Source: Oscillatoria sp. PCC 10802 | GTDB taxonomy: Bacteria; Cyanobacteriota; Cyanobacteriia; Cyanobacteriales; Oscillatoriaceae | Reading direction: 5' to 3' | Assembly (NCBI RefSeq): GCF_000332335.1 | Contig: NZ_KB235948.1 | Span: forward strand, 4,286,977-4,350,976 | Length of the DNA stretch: 64,000 bases | Shown: positions 51,361-61,960 of the stretch, in pieces | Layout of the letters: each line of letters begins with the position of its first letter | Position numbering within the stretch: the stretch's first letter is position 1 | The notes under the pieces: generated by a model | The model's input: the letters and a program-made list of their open reading frames with translations, nothing else | What the model was told of the DNA's origin: nothing | The model's database searches: none | Program-made: the position numbers and the translations under genes

Positions 51361-51396
51361 GAGAAACCCGGTTTCTTTAAGAAACCGGGTTTCTGG
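51361..51396. repeat. GAGAAACCCGGTTTCTTTAAGAAACCGGGTTTCTGG palindrome with flanking conserved boxes
   Basis: Preceded by TTCTCATCCTTTGT and followed by TTCATCCAGCTGAGAACCGCTATAT. The same composite occurs at 2290-2360 and 10800-10880. It sits in the divergent egtC promoter region, so it is not a terminator here. Confidence 0.7.
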
Positions 51397-51465
51397 GCAA
51401 ACACGTTCATCCAGCTGAGAACCGCTATATTTGAACCGCCCCCGTGAAGGAGCGCCAAGGAAGAT

Positions 51466-52017
51466 GTGGTATGGTTTGATATTTTTTGGTTTGGGGTGTG
51501 TTTTAATCCGGGTTGGTCTGCAGGGGGGTGGTGCCGCTGCTGTTGTGGGGCGGTGCTAGTTTTTGGGCTGCCGGTGCGGCATACGGCTGGCTGGGGGCGA
51601 GGGTGTTTGGCAAGCGCTCAGATGGGAGTCTGGCAAAGCCGGCAGCCAGTTTGTTGCTGCCTTGTCCTGTTATTGATTTGGGAAATTTGGCATGTTCAAA
51701 GGTTCATTGGGGCTGAGGAGTGCTATAATGAGATAGCGCCGGGAATCTGGCTGGGGCGCACACCTCTTGCCAATGAGCTGCCGGCTGAGATTAGCTTGAT
51801 AGTGGATATGACCGCTGAATTTCCTGCGGTGCGAGAGGCGATTACCAGCAGGGCTTATATCTGCGTTCCTGCGCTCGACGCTTGCCGGTATCAGGCGCAT
51901 GGGGCATGGCGCATGGGGCTGCGCTTTGCCCTTTTCTACCGGCGACTTTTCTGTTTCTTTCTGAAGAAAGATGCCGCCTCAATAATTGTAGCAGCTATCA
52001 TGGAATTAGTCAAGTAA
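51466..52017 (+). pseudogene. Possible gene fragment with dual-specificity-phosphatase-like N-terminal half, or hypothetical protein
   Basis: The first 75 codons are GT-rich low-complexity DNA (Cys/Trp/Gly-rich, unlikely to be coding). The distal part (IAPGIWLGRTPLANELPAEISLIVDMTAEFPAVREAITSRAYICVPALD) resembles the front half of a DSP/PTP-like fold. It terminates before any HCxxGxxR catalytic loop. Confidence 0.25.
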
Positions 52018-52040
52018 ATTTCGCTTGAAAAGAGGGAAAA

Positions 52041-52376
52041 ATGAGAAGTTTTCTCAGCAAGATTTTACCCAAGTTCCCTAGAAGCTCAGCACGGGCGCTG
52101 ACAGGAGTAGCGCTCCTGGGTGTCGCCACCTCGGCGCTCCCGCCCCAGCGAGTTATCAACGGGCTGTATTATCCGACAAGCGCCCAATACTTTTTTAGGG
52201 AAGGACAGCAGAAGTTTGACAGGGAAATTGAAAGGCTCACCCAGGGCAAGCTGTCCACTGCCGACGAGCGTCTGCTTGAGATTAATCAGGAACTGCGGAA
52301 ACATAAAGATATATTGCGACTGGAACATCCCGATAGCAAACCGGGGGGTGCCGGTGAATCTGGCTCGCAGCAATAG
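52041..52376 (+). CDS. Small secreted hypothetical protein
   Basis: 111 aa. Signal-like N-terminus (LTGVALLGVATSALP) followed by a charged helical region. Confidence 0.4.
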   Translation: MRSFLSKILPKFPRSSARALTGVALLGVATSALPPQRVINGLYYPTSAQYFFREGQQKFDREIERLTQGKLSTADERLLEINQELRKHKDILRLEHPDSKPGGAGESGSQQ

Positions 52377-52579
52377 GTGTGATATCATGTCCGCTTGTAT
52401 GGGTTGTGTGCACATACCCTTGTAGGGGCGGGTTCTGCCAATATATTTTTGCCACAGATCAGAATAAGAATAAACCCGCCCCGACCTCGCGTACAACAAC
52501 GGTGCTACCGGACATGGTGTGAAGTGTGAGGTGGTGAGCTGTCATAAAGTAGGCTGGTTGAAGCAAAGCGTCACCCACC

Positions 52580-52960
52580 CTACTTAAAACTGAAAGCTGC
52601 AGCCGCCAGACAGCCCCAGCCAATGATAAATGCCGCTCCCCCCACCGGCGTGACTGCACCCAGCCACTTGATGCCGGTGAGGCTGAGAGCGTACAAACTC
52701 CCCGAGAACATCGCCACACCGGCAATAAAAGCAACCCCCGCCGCGACGAGAGCTGGCGGTGCCGGGGATTCAGTGCGAGTTAACAGCAAAACTACTGCTA
52801 GCAGGGCTAAGGCGTGATACATTTGATAGCGAGCGCCGGTTTCAAAAATGGACAGCGCCCGCTCACTGAGCTGTTCCTTCAAAGCGTGAGAGGCAAAAGC
52901 ACCGGCAGCCACAGACAGTCCGCCGAAAATTGCCGCAATTGCCAAAAAAATCCGAATCAT
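52580..52960 (-). CDS. DUF423 (YgdD-like) small membrane protein
   Basis: 126 aa with 4 TM helices. GAFASHAL...YQMYHALALL...GSLYALSL motifs are typical of DUF423. Confidence 0.75.
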   Translation of the reverse strand: MIRIFLAIAAIFGGLSVAAGAFASHALKEQLSERALSIFETGARYQMYHALALLAVVLLLTRTESPAPPALVAAGVAFIAGVAMFSGSLYALSLTGIKWLGAVTPVGGAAFIIGWGCLAAAAFSFK

Positions 52961-53023
52961 ATTGATATTTTACAAACGATTGTAGGGGACAGGCGGGACG
53001 CCTGTCCTACGTCTAGAAAAGCT

Positions 53024-53713
53024 CTAGCGGCGAGTTGCTTCCAGAAGGCGCGAGAAATAAAAGCGAGTGCTGGTCATCGTCTGCCGGCCAATTGAAAAGC
53101 CATTGCTTTCCAGAATTTTGACAAGATCGGCTTCGCGATGCTGGTAAGCGCGGGTGGTTTTGCTCGGTCCGGGGAACAGCTCCCCGACTTTCTTGAGCAA
53201 ACTCAGAGCAAAAGTCTTCGGCGCAAAACTGAGAATCACGCGCGACTCCGCCATAGAACAGAGGTGCCCGATCATCTCAGCAGCCTTATCTTGCGGGTAG
53301 TGAATCAGCACGTCCAGACAAATCACCGTGTGGTAGCTACCGCTCAAGGTTTCCAAATCCTGCGCCGTGAAGGTGACATTGTTGGCAGCGCCCAGAACTC
53401 CCCTCGCTCTCTGGTAGGCTTCTGCAACCATTTTTTCCGAGATATCGCTCCCGTAGACGATTGCTCCCGCTTGAGCCAGGGGAATGCTCAGACTGCCAAC
53501 ACCGCAACCGGCATCACACACCGACAGCCCCCGCAAATTGCCATCAGCACTCAGCCAGCTAATGACTGTATCCACCGTCTGCTGGTGTCCGGAGCGGATG
53601 TCCAGCTGGACTTTGCTCACCTCGCCATCGCCATAAATCCGCCGCCAGCGCTCAAAGCCGGTGGCGTTAAAATATTCCCTGACGATGGTTTTGTCATCAA
53701 CTGCGTTCATCAA
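53024..53713 (-). CDS. chlM: Mg-protoporphyrin IX O-methyltransferase
   Basis: 229 aa. KTIVREYFNATGFERWRRIYG N-terminus. SAM motif VCDAGCGVGSLSIPLA. C-terminal DVLIHYP. Confidence 0.9.
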   Translation of the reverse strand: MMNAVDDKTIVREYFNATGFERWRRIYGDGEVSKVQLDIRSGHQQTVDTVISWLSADGNLRGLSVCDAGCGVGSLSIPLAQAGAIVYGSDISEKMVAEAYQRARGVLGAANNVTFTAQDLETLSGSYHTVICLDVLIHYPQDKAAEMIGHLCSMAESRVILSFAPKTFALSLLKKVGELFPGPSKTTRAYQHREADLVKILESNGFSIGRQTMTSTRFYFSRLLEATRR

Positions 53714-53954
53714 TCTGCCTGCGGTTCAACTGTTTCCAACTTTCAACTTACCACGCCCAGTCGCCTTTCCCATCTGATGCCGGGGAAACCCAACCGGCTC
53801 CCCCTTTTTCTTGGGCACCGTACAGGGGGCGGTTAGGCTAATAATGCTGCAAGTGGTCGAAAGGGGCGAGCCTTTGGGCTACGCTGAACTTACAAACGAA
53901 AACTTGGCCTATTGGCGGGGCCAGCCTTTGGGCTACGCTGAACTTACAAACATG

Positions 53955-55136
53955 CTATAATTTCAACCTCTGCCAGCTCAACTCTCCTGTCGCCTCATCC
54001 AAATGCCAGCGCAACAAATGAGCCGGCTGCCCTGCCGCCATTGCCGGCAAGCCAATGGCGCGTCTGGGCGCTTCTGTGGCGAGGGCTATGGCACGCTCCG
54101 CCCCACAAATGTCCCACTTGACCAGATTTTCCACCCCGGCTAGCAGGGGTAGCGCCGTGCCGGCAAGGGTTCCGTCCTGCAGCCGGCAGGTCCCGCCCCG
54201 AACCTCCATCTGCCTGGTGTCCCAAGGGTAAACCCCATCCGGCAATCCCACCGGCGCTAGGGCGTCGCTGACGAGAAACACTCCTTTTTCGTAGAAACTC
54301 GCCCGCAGCAGCAAATCCATCGCCGTCGGGCAAACGTGCTCCCCATCCGCAATCAAGCCGCACCAGACATCCGGATGGACAATCGCCGCACCCAGCAATC
54401 CGGGCTGCCGGTGGTGCAGCGCCGGCATGGCATTGAAAGCGTGTGTCACCATCGACGCACCCCGGGCAAAGGCTTCCCGGGCTGCCTCAGCTGTGGCCAT
54501 AGAGTGGCCCAGACTCACCGTAATTCCCAGAGCGCGCAAATAGGAAATCGCCTCGCCGGTGGGGTCTAGCTCCGGCGCTAGGGTGACGACTTTCACAATA
54601 CCGGCGTAATCTCCCAAAACCCACTTGACGTTTTCCACCGTAAGCGGTATAATATGCTCCGCCGGGTGAGCGCCGCGCTTTTCAGGATTGAGAAAAGGCC
54701 CTTCCAGGTGGACGCCGAGAATTCTGGCTGCCGGTGCGCCGGCACGCTGCGACGCGGCAAAATCCGCCAAGACAGCGAGGGCGCGGTGAAACTTCTCTAT
54801 AGAAGTGGTGACAAGGGTGGGCAAAAATCCATCCACACCCTGATTCCAGAGGAACTCGCAGATAGCAGGCAGCCGGTGGGCACTGTCGGGGCCGAGGTCG
54901 GGAAAGGCCAAACCCAGGGCCCCATTAATTTGAACATCCACCCCACCGAGAGAAATCCAGTCCCCCGAAACATCCACAACCGCAGGCGGTGCGGGCGCTT
55001 CCGATTGGCCCTCCGCAACGCCAGCCGGCACAATCGACCGAATCACCCCAAGGCCATCAATCCGAATTCGGTGCCTGCCTTCCCAACCGGGCACCCGAGC
55101 GTTGATAATATCCATCGCAGCAACAACCAATAGCAC
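53955..55136 (-). CDS. nagA: N-acetylglucosamine-6-phosphate deacetylase
   Basis: 393 aa amidohydrolase. [29 protein letters not shown], metal-binding His/Glu pattern. Confidence 0.85.
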   Translation of the reverse strand: MLLVVAAMDIINARVPGWEGRHRIRIDGLGVIRSIVPAGVAEGQSEAPAPPAVVDVSGDWISLGGVDVQINGALGLAFPDLGPDSAHRLPAICEFLWNQGVDGFLPTLVTTSIEKFHRALAVLADFAASQRAGAPAARILGVHLEGPFLNPEKRGAHPAEHIIPLTVENVKWVLGDYAGIVKVVTLAPELDPTGEAISYLRALGITVSLGHSMATAEAAREAFARGASMVTHAFNAMPALHHRQPGLLGAAIVHPDVWCGLIADGEHVCPTAMDLLLRASFYEKGVFLVSDALAPVGLPDGVYPWDTRQMEVRGGTCRLQDGTLAGTALPLLAGVENLVKWDICGAERAIALATEAPRRAIGLPAMAAGQPAHLLRWHLDEATGELSWQRLKL

Positions 55137-55191
55137 ACTTAATCAACCCAATTATTCCTTCTTGGCGCTCTCGGCGTCTTGGCGGTTCAAA

Positions 55192-55749
55192 ATGACTCAA
55201 CCAGAAATCGGCATCATCATGGGCAGCGACTCCGACTTGCCCACCATGCAGGGCGCGATCGCCATCTGCGAACAATTCCAAATCCCTTGCGAAGTGGCCA
55301 TCGTCTCCGCCCACCGCACGCCCGAACGCATGGTAGAATACGCAAAGCTTGCCCACCTGCGGGGCCTGAAAGTGATTATTGCCGGTGCCGGCGGTGCCGC
55401 CCACCTGCCCGGAATGGTGGCCTCCCTGACGCCGCTGCCGGTGATTGGAGTGCCGGTGCCCAGCCGCCACCTCCAGGGTGTGGACTCGCTCTATTCCATT
55501 GTCCAAATGCCGGCGGGGGTGCCGGTGGCTGCCGTGGCCATCGGCAGCGCCACCAATGCGGGCCTCTTAGCCGTGCGGATTCTGGCGACTCATAAGCCAG
55601 ACTTATTAGAGCGCGTGCGGGTGTATCAGGCTTCTCTGGCTGAATCTGTAATGCAAAAGCAAGCGCGGCTCGACATTTTGGGGCATAAGGAATACTTATC
55701 AGAGATGGGACTCGCACCCACACCGGCAGGAGGTGCCGGTCGGGCGTGA
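55192..55749 (+). CDS. purE: N5-carboxyaminoimidazole ribonucleotide mutase
   Basis: Start at the internal ATG ([19 protein letters not shown]). SAHRTP and [16 protein letters not shown] motifs. The upstream 30 codons of the track ORF overlap nagA and are rejected. Confidence 0.9.
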   Translation: MTQPEIGIIMGSDSDLPTMQGAIAICEQFQIPCEVAIVSAHRTPERMVEYAKLAHLRGLKVIIAGAGGAAHLPGMVASLTPLPVIGVPVPSRHLQGVDSLYSIVQMPAGVPVAAVAIGSATNAGLLAVRILATHKPDLLERVRVYQASLAESVMQKQARLDILGHKEYLSEMGLAPTPAGGAGRA

Positions 55750-56128
55750 GGGCGGCAACTTTGTAAAAAAAATCGCCAGAAGCGGGCAAAATGTAGTCTG
55801 TTATACAGAAAGGGGATTTTATAATTGCTGGAATCGTTGTGAGTTCTATCTAGTCGGTCTATATTTAGTCTTTTGCGCAATTGGAGGGCAAGGGGCAAGG
55901 GGCATTGAGCATGGAATTTTCATGCTTTTGTTGCGCCAAATTGGGGAGGGGGGACTGACCGGCAGTTCCTCAAAGAGAACCGTTTAGCTGTGTTTGGCTC
56001 GTCGGGGTAAAAACATCGAAGTTATGTCTAATGTAACGAAAAAAAAGTTAAAAAATAGACAAAAGCGGCGGTCTGCCCGGTGGGGCGCGGCGCTACCCCT
56101 AGGGAGCCGAACTGTCAAACGGTTGCAA

Positions 56129-57772
56129 ATGGCTATTCACCGGCTAACTCGTGGCGGGCAAGCGTGCATCCCCCTGGTGGCGCTGATTTTGCTGGCGTGG
56201 GGGTGGGCAGCAGTTGCCCAGATGGAAACAGCACAGGCCCCAGAAACAGCACCGGCAGCGATTGAGGAAACAGCACCGGCACCGGCAAAGGGAACAGCAC
56301 CGGCACCGGCACTGGAAACCGCACCGGCAAAAGGAACAGCACCGGCACAGGAAACAGCAACAGCGCCGGCAGCAACACCAACGGTGGCAGAGCTAAAGGT
56401 AGCGCTGGACACGCTGTGGGTGGCGATTGCCGCCTTCCTGGTATTCTTTATGAACGCTGGGTTTTGCATGCTGGAAACGGGATTGTGCCGGCAGAAAAAC
56501 GCCGTCAACGTCCTCTCAAAGAACTTGATTGTGTTCGCTCTCGCCACCGTCGCCTTTTGGGCGATTGGGTTTGGCTTGATGTTTGGGGATGGGAATGCTT
56601 TCATTGGGCTGAATGGGTTTTTCCTGACCGGCGCGGACAACAGCCCCGCAACAGGAGCGGCTTACGATGGGGTGTTTGACGCGCTCAACTGGACGGGAGT
56701 GCCCCTGAGCGCCAAGTTTTTGTTCGAGCTGGCGTTTGCCGGCACCGCCGCCACAATTGTGTCAGGGGCGGTGGCGGAGCGAATTAAGTTTGTTGACTTC
56801 TTAATTTTCAGCCTTTTACTGGCGGGGATTTCCTACCCGATCACCGGGCACTGGATATGGGGCGGGGGCTGGCTGCACAAAGCGGGATTCTACGATTTTG
56901 CCGGTTCGACTGCAGTGCACTCAGTCGGGGGCTGGGCGGCTTTGATGGGAGCGGCTTTCCTCGGTCCGCGCTGGGGCAAGTATGAAGAGGGGCAGTCGTT
57001 TGCCATGCCGGGGCACAACATGAGTATTGCCACTTTAGGCTGTTTGATCCTGTGGTTGGGCTGGTTTGGCTTCAATCCAGGTTCGGTTATGGCGGCCAAT
57101 CCGGAGGCGATATCGCATATCGCTGTCACAACGAACATGTCCGGTGCCGCCGGCGGAATTGCGGCGACAATAGCATCTTGGCTTTATCTTGGCAAGCCGG
57201 ATCTTTCGATGATTATCAACGGCATTTTGGCAGGGCTGGTTAGCGTCACAGCATCCTGCGCTTACGTCAGCATTGGCAGCGCTTTTGCGATTGGCTCGAT
57301 TGCCGGCATTCTGGTCGTTTTCTCTGTGACTTTCTTTGACCGGCTGAAGATTGATGACCCAGTGGGGGCGACTTCGGTTCACCTTGTCTGCGGCATCTGG
57401 GGCACTCTGGCTGTGGGTCTTTTCAGTGTTGGCCCGGGGGGGTTCCCTTGGATGGTGGACTTGCAGGGCAATCCAGCCGGTCCGCACGGTTTGTTTGTGG
57501 GGGGGGGTTTGGAAACCTTGGGGGCTCAAATTCTTGGCATTGTATCTGTGGGAGGTCTGACTGTTCTGCTGAGCACCCTGTTTTGGCAGGGGCTGAAAGC
57601 AACTCTAGGCATCCGCGTTTCGCAACAGGAGGAATTCGCAGGTTTGGATATTGGCGAACACGGGATGGAAGCTTACAGCGGGTTCGCTAAAGAAGCCGGT
57701 GCGGGCGGTTTTATTCCCGAACGCCCCAGTGGGATGGGGGGTGGCAGTGGGGGAATGCCTAAACGTCCTTAG
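56129..57772 (+). CDS. amt: Ammonium transporter (Amt family) with Ala/Pro/Thr-rich N-terminal periplasmic extension
   Basis: Start chosen at [10 protein letters not shown]. Signal/TM then AAVAQ, then repeated TAPAPA(K/L)GTAPA units, then the Amt core ([25 protein letters not shown] ... twin-His region). The upstream 45 codons in the track are basic low-complexity and less likely. Confidence 0.88.
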   Translation: MAIHRLTRGGQACIPLVALILLAWGWAAVAQMETAQAPETAPAAIEETAPAPAKGTAPAPALETAPAKGTAPAQETATAPAATPTVAELKVALDTLWVAIAAFLVFFMNAGFCMLETGLCRQKNAVNVLSKNLIVFALATVAFWAIGFGLMFGDGNAFIGLNGFFLTGADNSPATGAAYDGVFDALNWTGVPLSAKFLFELAFAGTAATIVSGAVAERIKFVDFLIFSLLLAGISYPITGHWIWGGGWLHKAGFYDFAGSTAVHSVGGWAALMGAAFLGPRWGKYEEGQSFAMPGHNMSIATLGCLILWLGWFGFNPGSVMAANPEAISHIAVTTNMSGAAGGIAATIASWLYLGKPDLSMIINGILAGLVSVTASCAYVSIGSAFAIGSIAGILVVFSVTFFDRLKIDDPVGATSVHLVCGIWGTLAVGLFSVGPGGFPWMVDLQGNPAGPHGLFVGGGLETLGAQILGIVSVGGLTVLLSTLFWQGLKATLGIRVSQQEEFAGLDIGEHGMEAYSGFAKEAGAGGFIPERPSGMGGGSGGMPKRP

Positions 57773-58161
57773 GCGCTGAGAAAGAGAGGGGAAAAGAAAA
57801 AATGCTCGCCCGATATCTGCCGGAGTGCTGCAGGGGTTCCCCCGACCTATTTGTGCCGCACCGGCAAGGGGATTAATAAATCCGCCCGCGCGCCGGCAGC
57901 ATGGGGCGAAGGTCAGTGGGGGCGCGCTCACCCAACATATTTGTCCCACAGGGAAGAAGATGAATCAACTCGCTCCCGCCCCTGCCTGAGATCAAACCGT
58001 CTGGAATAGATATCACGCAGTGCTGAAATTTTATGAGCGTCGAGCGAAAGGTTTTCAGGAAATTTGCGAGGATTTGCAGTGAATTGTTCAAGCGGCATCT
58101 GAGGATGATAAATTTTTCAAATGGCATTCATTGATAGTTTCAAATTAGAGGGCAACAATAA

Positions 58162-59838
58162 GTGCTAAAGAAAGTTCTGATTGCCGGGATAGTTTCGGTG
58201 TGTCTGCTGAGTGGCCTGCTGATGGGCAGGGTGGTGGCTCAAGATCCGAGTCCTTCTCCTGAGCAGAGCGCACCGGCAGAGGTTGCTCCCGAGGGGGCTG
58301 CACCGGCAGAGGGTGCTCCCGAGGGGGTTGCGCCGGCGGCGGGTGTGTCTCCGCAACCGGCAGCGCCGGCGGCGGGTGTGTCTCCGCAACCGGCAGCGCC
58401 GGTAGAGGTTTCTCCGCAACCGGTCGCGCCGGCGGCGGGTGTCTCTCCGCAGCCGGTGGCTCCCGCACCAGTGTTTCCTGAACCTGTCGTTGCGCCGGCA
58501 ACAGGGGAAGAAACGGCTGCAGCGGCGGCGTCTCCGATTGACACCGGCGATACCGCCTGGATGCTGATCTCGTCAGCGCTGGTGCTGCTGATGACTCCGG
58601 GGCTGGCATTCTTCTACGGGGGACTGGTGCGATCGCGCAACGTCCTCAATACGATGATGATGAGTTTGATTTTGATGGCGGTTGTCGGCGTCGTCTGGGT
58701 GCTGTGGGGCTACAGTCTGGCGTTTGCGCCGGTGTCTGTAACGCCGCCTGCAGCTCCGGGAGAAGCGGCGACGTTCGATGCTAATCCGATTATTGGCAGC
58801 TTGAACTGGATGTTTTTGGGCGGCGTCGCTTTTGACGCGCCCGATCCGGTGGGCTACGCGCCAACGATTCCCCACCAGCTGTTTATGGCTTACCAGATGA
58901 TGTTCGCCATGATCACGCCGGCGCTGATCTCTGGGGCGATTGTGGAGCGGATGAGCTTTAAGGCGTATTTCTGGTTCATCCTGATTTGGGCGACGTTTAT
59001 CTACTCTCCCCTGGCGCACTGGGTTTGGGGCAAGGGCTGGATTGGGGCGATGGGAGCGCTGGACTTTGCCGGCGGCACGGTTGTTCACATCAGTTCTGGA
59101 GTTTCGGCAGTGGTAGCGGCTTGGATGATTGGCCCCCGCAAGACCTTCATGGTGCAGCCGGCGGCTCCCCACAATGTGCCCTATGTGCTGCTGGGGATTG
59201 GCATCCTCTGGTTTGGCTGGATGGGGTTCAATGCCGGCAGCGCTTTGGGCGCTGGCTCCCTGGCCGCAGTGGCGTTTGTGGCCACAACGGTGTCTGCTGC
59301 GGCAGCCGGTCTGACCTGGGTGATTTTGGAGTGGGTGCTGCGGGGCAAGCCAACGGCGATTGGCATTGCTAGCGGTTTCCTGGCCGGTTTGGTGGGCGTT
59401 ACCCCTGCAGCGGGATTCGTGACTCCCATCGGGGCGCTCCTGATTGGGTCAATTACCTCGGTGTGCTGTTTCTTTGGGGTGAGCTTGCGCGCCAAACTGC
59501 AGTTTGACGATTCGCTGGACACCTTCCCCGTCCACGGTCTCGGCGGTACGGTGGGGGCGCTTCTCACCGGCATCTTTGCCACGAAAGAGGTCAATGCGGC
59601 GGGGAATAATGGCTTGCTGTTCGGCAACCCGTCGCTATTGGTAACTCAGATCGTCGGTGTGGTTGCTACCTACATTTTTGCGGCGGCGGGCACCTTTGTG
59701 ATCCTGAAAGCGCTGGGAGCGATTATGGAGCTGCGCGTGAAGCCGGAATCGGAAGACCAAGGGTTGGATATCAACGAGCACGGCGAAGAGGGTTACGGCG
59801 AGGAGTTCGCTTCTGGGCTGAGTTTCCCTGGGAAGTAG
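58162..59838 (+). CDS. amt: Ammonium transporter (Amt family), second tandem paralog with Pro/Ala-rich repeat extension
   Basis: 558 aa. Signal peptide MLKKVLIAGIVSVCLLSGLLMGRVVAQ. Then AAPAAGVSPQPAAP-type repeats (about 90 aa). Then the Amt core (DTGDTAWMLISSALVLLMTPGLAFFYGG...). Confidence 0.9.
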   Translation: MLKKVLIAGIVSVCLLSGLLMGRVVAQDPSPSPEQSAPAEVAPEGAAPAEGAPEGVAPAAGVSPQPAAPAAGVSPQPAAPVEVSPQPVAPAAGVSPQPVAPAPVFPEPVVAPATGEETAAAAASPIDTGDTAWMLISSALVLLMTPGLAFFYGGLVRSRNVLNTMMMSLILMAVVGVVWVLWGYSLAFAPVSVTPPAAPGEAATFDANPIIGSLNWMFLGGVAFDAPDPVGYAPTIPHQLFMAYQMMFAMITPALISGAIVERMSFKAYFWFILIWATFIYSPLAHWVWGKGWIGAMGALDFAGGTVVHISSGVSAVVAAWMIGPRKTFMVQPAAPHNVPYVLLGIGILWFGWMGFNAGSALGAGSLAAVAFVATTVSAAAAGLTWVILEWVLRGKPTAIGIASGFLAGLVGVTPAAGFVTPIGALLIGSITSVCCFFGVSLRAKLQFDDSLDTFPVHGLGGTVGALLTGIFATKEVNAAGNNGLLFGNPSLLVTQIVGVVATYIFAAAGTFVILKALGAIMELRVKPESEDQGLDINEHGEEGYGEEFASGLSFPGK

Positions 59839-60030
59839 GGGTAGCTTGCCGGTTTCAGGGAGGGAGAACCCCACCCCCCAACCCCCTCCCCGCAAGCGGG
59901 GAGGGGGAGAAAGAGGAGGGGGTTTTTCTCGTTCCCAGGCTCCTTATGGGAGACGCCTGAAAGGAGGCTCCGCCTCCGTCTCTTCTCGCAATTCCTTCCA
60001 GGCGGCGCGCACCTGCCGGCTTTCACCGGC

Positions 60031-60939
60031 ATGCTGGTTGCGGAGGGTGCCGGTGAGCGTTCGGAATTAAGATCGGATTCAAACAGTGTTGAATTAGATC
60101 TCGTGGCGATTCGCTTTAAAACTACTGTTCCGACTTGGGCGTTTGTCGCCCTGGCTTCCAATGTGTTACTGATGCTGGCCGTCTTCGTGGTGCTGCAGCG
60201 GGAGGCCAGGTTGCTGGGGGCTGCCAGAGCTAATGCCCAGGCGGCGCAAGTGCAGTCTCAGTCCCAATCGGCACAGGCACCCACCTTAGGGCCACGCCTC
60301 CAGTGGACTTACGAGCAGTGGGTGGGGCAGCTAAAGCGGGAGGCTGATGCTGCAGCGGAAAAGAAACCCCAGCGGTTGAGCATCCTGGCGGGGGATTCCA
60401 TCACTATGTGGTTTCCGCCGGAACTGTTGCCCCCGGGGCGCATTTGGCTGAACCAGGGGATTTCTGGAGAAACGTCCGAGGGGCTGCTCAAGCGGCTGAC
60501 GCTGTTTGACCGCACTGAACCGGAGACGGTTTTTGTGATGATTGGGATTAATGACTTGATCCGGGGGGTGGCGGATGATACGATTCTCAATAACCAGCGG
60601 CTGATTATTCAGGATTTGCGCTCGGTTCATCCCTACACGCAGATTGTAGTCCAGTCGATTTTGCCCCACAGTGCCGATAAGGCAACCTGGGAGGGGCGAG
60701 AGCGCTTGCTGGCAATTCCGAATCAGCGGATTCGCAAGTTGAACAAGGAACTCGCTGCGATTGCGGCGGAACAAGGTGTGGAGTATTTGGATTTGTATCC
60801 TTTGTTTGCGGACGCCCAAGGCAATCTGCCGATGTCATTCAGTACGGATGGCTTGCATTTGAATTCTCAAGGCTATTTGGTGTGGCGTTCCGGGCTGCTG
60901 CTGTTCAGCCAGTTGAGGCTGGAAGAGCCGGCTTTTTAG
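60031..60939 (+). CDS. SGNH/GDSL-family hydrolase
   Basis: 302 aa. N-terminal TM helix. GDSIT block I (ILAGDSITMWF), block III GINDL, block V DGLHLN..GY. Confidence 0.75.
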   Translation: MLVAEGAGERSELRSDSNSVELDLVAIRFKTTVPTWAFVALASNVLLMLAVFVVLQREARLLGAARANAQAAQVQSQSQSAQAPTLGPRLQWTYEQWVGQLKREADAAAEKKPQRLSILAGDSITMWFPPELLPPGRIWLNQGISGETSEGLLKRLTLFDRTEPETVFVMIGINDLIRGVADDTILNNQRLIIQDLRSVHPYTQIVVQSILPHSADKATWEGRERLLAIPNQRIRKLNKELAAIAAEQGVEYLDLYPLFADAQGNLPMSFSTDGLHLNSQGYLVWRSGLLLFSQLRLEEPAF

Positions 60940-60991
60940 GGATTGACAAATTGTAATTTCTATGCTTATAAGACTAGGGAAATAGGTTAGT

Positions 60992-61133
60992 TTCCGGGCG
61001 ATTAGCTACTTTTCGGGCGATTGGAAATCGCGGCTATACAAACAAAGTCCGCCTGCGCGGACTTAAGAGAAGAGCGGCAGCGTAAAACCCCTTGTCTTGC
61101 CGGTTTTATCTGTATAGCTGGGGTTTCAATCGC
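60992..61133. repeat. MITE family B copy
   Basis: TTTCCGGGCGATTAGCTACTTTTCGGGCGATTGGAAATCGCGGCTATACAAACAAAGTCCGCCTGCGCGGACTTAAGAG ... CCGGTTTTATCTGTATAGCTGGGGTTTCAATCGC (inverted terminus). Confidence 0.8.
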
Positions 61134-61402
61134 TTATTTTCATAGCCCAAATATAGCTGCGCCTCAAAAAATAGATGTTTCTTAGGGGCTGTACAGATAA
61201 CGGTCGCGGCTAATTGCGCCATCTTTTACATCGCATTCCACAGGATTTGAACCTAAATCCCAAATAGAAGATGTTTGGTTGAGGGGAATAATAATAATTT
61301 GCCCCCCTCTTGAATAATCTCAAATTCTTGATGGTCTCCTAACAGCTCTTTAGGAATTAATAAGCCTTGTTCTGTTGCTATTAACTTCATGGTAAATTAC
61401 TA

Positions 61403-61500
61403 ATGCAGGACTTACGCAGCGACTCTTAATGTGGTGTGGTGCCGGTTACGCTATCGCTAACCCACCCTACAGATAGGGGCTTTGCGTAAGTCCTGTTCAA
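61403..61500. repeat. Family C inverted-repeat element (GCAGGACTTACGC...GCGTAAGTCCTGT), inverted relative to 29481..29579
   Basis: atgcaggacttacgcagcgactcttaatgtggtgtggtgccggttacgctatcgctaacccaccctacagataggggctttgcgtaagtcctgtt. Confidence 0.7.
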
Positions 61501-61515
61501 TATATTTTGTAGCCC

Positions 61516-61960
61516 CCCACCGGCATTCTATCACAGAGGTGCCGGTGCATACCGTTTGTAGTTGGGCTTTAGCCCTAAAAGACTTCTACTTCTAGGGAAT
61601 ACTCTGAAGGCGGAACGCACCACCGGCACTCGTTGGGGCGGGTTTATTCAGATGTTGGGTTGTGGGGGAAAGATTTCGCGTGAGCCCGCCCCCACCGGCA
61701 TTCTATCACAGAGGTGCCGGTGCGTGCGAGACACCGGCACTCGTTGGGGCGGGTTTATTCAGATGTTGGGTTGTGGGGGAAAGATTTCGCGTGAGCCCGC
61801 CCCCACCGGCATTCTATCACAGAGGTGCCAGCGGGTGCAAGATGCCGGTTTTCGTGGGGTGGGGGCGGGTTTATTTAGATGTTGAGTTGTGTGGCAAATA
61901 TTTCGGGCGAACCCGCCCCTACAATATTCGGCATTCTATCACAGAGGTGCCGGTGCGTGC
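61516..61960. repeat. Tandem repeat, period about 112-122 bp x4, each with a GGGGCGGGTTTATTCAGATGTTG...GCCCGCCCC hairpin
   Basis: The anchor CGGCATTCTATCACAGAGGTGCC recurs at 61521, 61696, 61808 and 61930. Confidence 0.85.
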
